From Cardiobacteriaceae bacterium (GTDB taxonomy: Bacteria; Pseudomonadota; Gammaproteobacteria; Cardiobacteriales; Cardiobacteriaceae), in NCBI GenBank assembly GCA_030525785.1, contig JAUNEA010000004.1:69359-133358 (forward strand): DNA of 64,000 bases. The letters run 5' to 3'. The notes beneath the pieces were generated by a model. That model was not told the DNA's origin. It was given only the letters and a program-made list of their open reading frames with translations, and did not search any database. Positions 62,344-64,000 of the stretch are shown here, piece by piece (the stretch's first letter is position 1; each line of letters starts with the position of its first letter). Made by a program: the position numbers and the translations under genes.

Positions 62344-62813
62344 GCCTGAGCCTCCTCTTTACGCATTTGTTGATAAAGCGCTTCGTAATGGGCAATTTTT
62401 TCAGCAGAGGCCTGTCTTCGAACAGAAGCATAACCCACAATTTTTCCTTGACGATAACAAGGAACAACGGTCGCATAAACCCAATAATAATCCCCATTTT
62501 TGCGCAAATTTTTCACATAACCTGACCATTTCTTCCCTTTTTTGACCGTTGCCCACAAATCCGCAAAAGCGCTTTGGGGCATATCAGGGTGGCGAATCAA
62601 ATAATGTGGCGCACCAATAAGTTCTTCTTTTTCATAGCCACTTAATAAAACAAAGGCGTCATTACAATGTGTAATCACGCCCTGTAAATCGGTTCGAGAG
62701 ATAATCAATTGCCCTGCTGGGTAGGGAAATGCTTGCTGGCTAACCCAAACAGATTTGCTCGTTCCATCATAGAAGTTTAGCTGATGCTCGGTAAGAGATG
62801 CCTTAGAGTTCAT
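62340..62813 (-). CDS. stand-alone PAS-domain protein
   Basis: About 157 aa, ISRTDLQGVITHCNDAFVLLSGYEKEELIGAPHYLIRHPDMP...GDYYWVYATVVP fits the PAS fold pattern. No output domain. Confidence 0.65.
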   Translation of the reverse strand: MNSKASLTEHQLNFYDGTSKSVWVSQQAFPYPAGQLIISRTDLQGVITHCNDAFVLLSGYEKEELIGAPHYLIRHPDMPQSAFADLWATVKKGKKWSGYVKNLRKNGDYYWVYATVVPCYRQGKIVGYASVRRQASAEKIAHYEALYQQMRKEEAQA

Positions 62814-63068
62814 AGGATTTCCCCCTGATTTAGAAATGTAGAAGATCATTATCAGAAAAAACGATGGAAGAGCCTATCTTTCAGAAATGAACTTTTCTTC
62901 ACCTTATTAAAGTTTTTGGGATTACAACAAGATGCGGCAAGACACAACAAAGCGCTTTTTCTCACTCCCTCAACCCATTTACCACCAGCTCATTTAAGCC
63001 ATTGTAAGCAAGGGGAAAAAGAGGAGAAAAAGCGCTTTGTTTGATAAAAGACTTGTATTATCGAATAC

Positions 63069-64000
63069 TTACGCCAGATGATCTCGAGTAGCTTTAAAGA
63101 CAATCTCAGGGAAACGTTCTTGGGTGAGCTGTAAATTGACCCGAGACGGTGCCACATAAACCAGCTGACCATAATGGTCGTGGGCGAGATTTTGGGCGTT
63201 TTTGTCGGTAAAGGCTTTAAGCGCTTTATCGTCTTTGGCTTCAATCCAACGGGCGGTCGCAACGGAGACGGCTTCAAATTGGCAAGTGACATTGTATTCC
63301 GTTGCCAAGCGCTCTTTGACCACATCAAATTGCAATACCCCTACTGCGCCCAAAATCAAATCATTGCCCAAAAGCGGTTTGAAAAACTGGGTTGCGCCTT
63401 CTTCGCACAATTGTTCCAAGCCTTTCAAAAGCGCTTTCATTTTCAGAGGGTCTTTTAATTGCACACGGCGGAACAATTCAGGGGCAAAATCGGGAATGCC
63501 TGTGAATTGGAGGTTTTCGCCTTCGGTGAAAGTATCGCCAATTCTGATGGTTCCGTGATTGTGAATGCCAATGATGTCGCCAGCCACCGCATCGTCAATG
63601 TGTTCTCGTTCGGCAGCGAGAAAGGTCAGCGCTTCTGGGATTTTCACATCACGATTAATCCGTACTTGGCGTAATTTCATGCCCGCAGAAAATTTGCCCG
63701 AATTGATGCGCATGAAAGCAATGCGGTCACGGTGTTTGGGATCCATATTGGCTTGAATCTTAAAAATAAAACCGCTGAACTTTTCTTCTGCTGGCTCCAC
63801 CATTCTGCCTGTGGTTTGACGGGCACGGGGCGGTGGGGCAAATTGGGCAAAACCGTTTAACATTTCCCGCACCCCAAAATTGCTGATTGCCGAACCAAAA
63901 TAAACAGGGGTCAATTCCCCACGCAAATAGGCATCGTGGTCAAAAGCGTTGCTGGCTTCTTTGATGAGTTCCACTTCATCACGAAAAGCGCTTATTTCAG
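63069..64000 (-). CDS. prfC: peptide chain release factor 3 (C-terminal ~310 aa; N-terminus beyond window end)
   Basis: Reverse-frame translation is open to the window edge, and the sequence ...[30 protein letters not shown]... matches the RF3 C-terminal domains. Confidence 0.88.
   Translation of the reverse strand, partial: EISAFRDEVELIKEASNAFDHDAYLRGELTPVYFGSAISNFGVREMLNGFAQFAPPPRARQTTGRMVEPAEEKFSGFIFKIQANMDPKHRDRIAFMRINSGKFSAGMKLRQVRINRDVKIPEALTFLAAEREHIDDAVAGDIIGIHNHGTIRIGDTFTEGENLQFTGIPDFAPELFRRVQLKDPLKMKALLKGLEQLCEEGATQFFKPLLGNDLILGAVGVLQFDVVKERLATEYNVTCQFEAVSVATARWIEAKDDKALKAFTDKNAQNLAHDHYGQLVYVAPSRVNLQLTQERFPEIVFKATRDHLA

Overview
This 64 kb window is a chromosomal segment with gammaproteobacterial gene order (clpS-clpA, proBA, mnmA-hflD, xseB-ispA, ubiG-HAD-SDR, kdsD-lptCAB-rpoN, mfd). 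About 60 protein genes are densely packed, there is one tRNA (tRNA-Ile2, anticodon CAT), no rRNA, and no intact transposase or integrase.

Three things stand out.

- **Orphan CRISPR array.** An array with a type I-F-like 28-nt repeat (GTTACACACCGCATAGGTGGCTTAGAAA), 8 repeats and 32-nt spacers lies at 33027..33474 just downstream of ispA. No cas gene occurs anywhere in the window. Next to the array is a truncated P4/D5-family primase-helicase ATPase fragment with inverted repeats, which looks like a mobile-element remnant.
- **Hyper-abundant 12-bp palindrome.** CAAAGCGCTTTG (core AAAGCGCTTT) recurs roughly every 250-400 bp across the whole window, inside genes in all three frames and as inverted pairs in intergenic terminators. 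That pattern resembles a DNA-uptake-sequence-like element, but the density is unusual. One CRISPR spacer carries the same motif.
- **MglA-like GTPase / roadblock cluster.** An MglA-like small GTPase (TPGQ G3 motif) sits with an MglB-like Roadblock/LC7 protein, a 325-aa unknown protein and two tandemly duplicated Roadblock paralogs at 43475..46491.

Other items of note:

- a membrane-anchored CheA-like (HPt + HATPase, no CheW domain) kinase with a CheY-like regulator
- an ATP-grasp ligase with two PF00756-type esterases
- a DUF2157 + GDYXXLXY gene pair
- a PAS + cytoplasmic PhnD-like pair
- a promoter-to-terminator unit that may encode a ~75-nt small RNA.

Coordinates of features I located by hand may be off by 1-2 nt.
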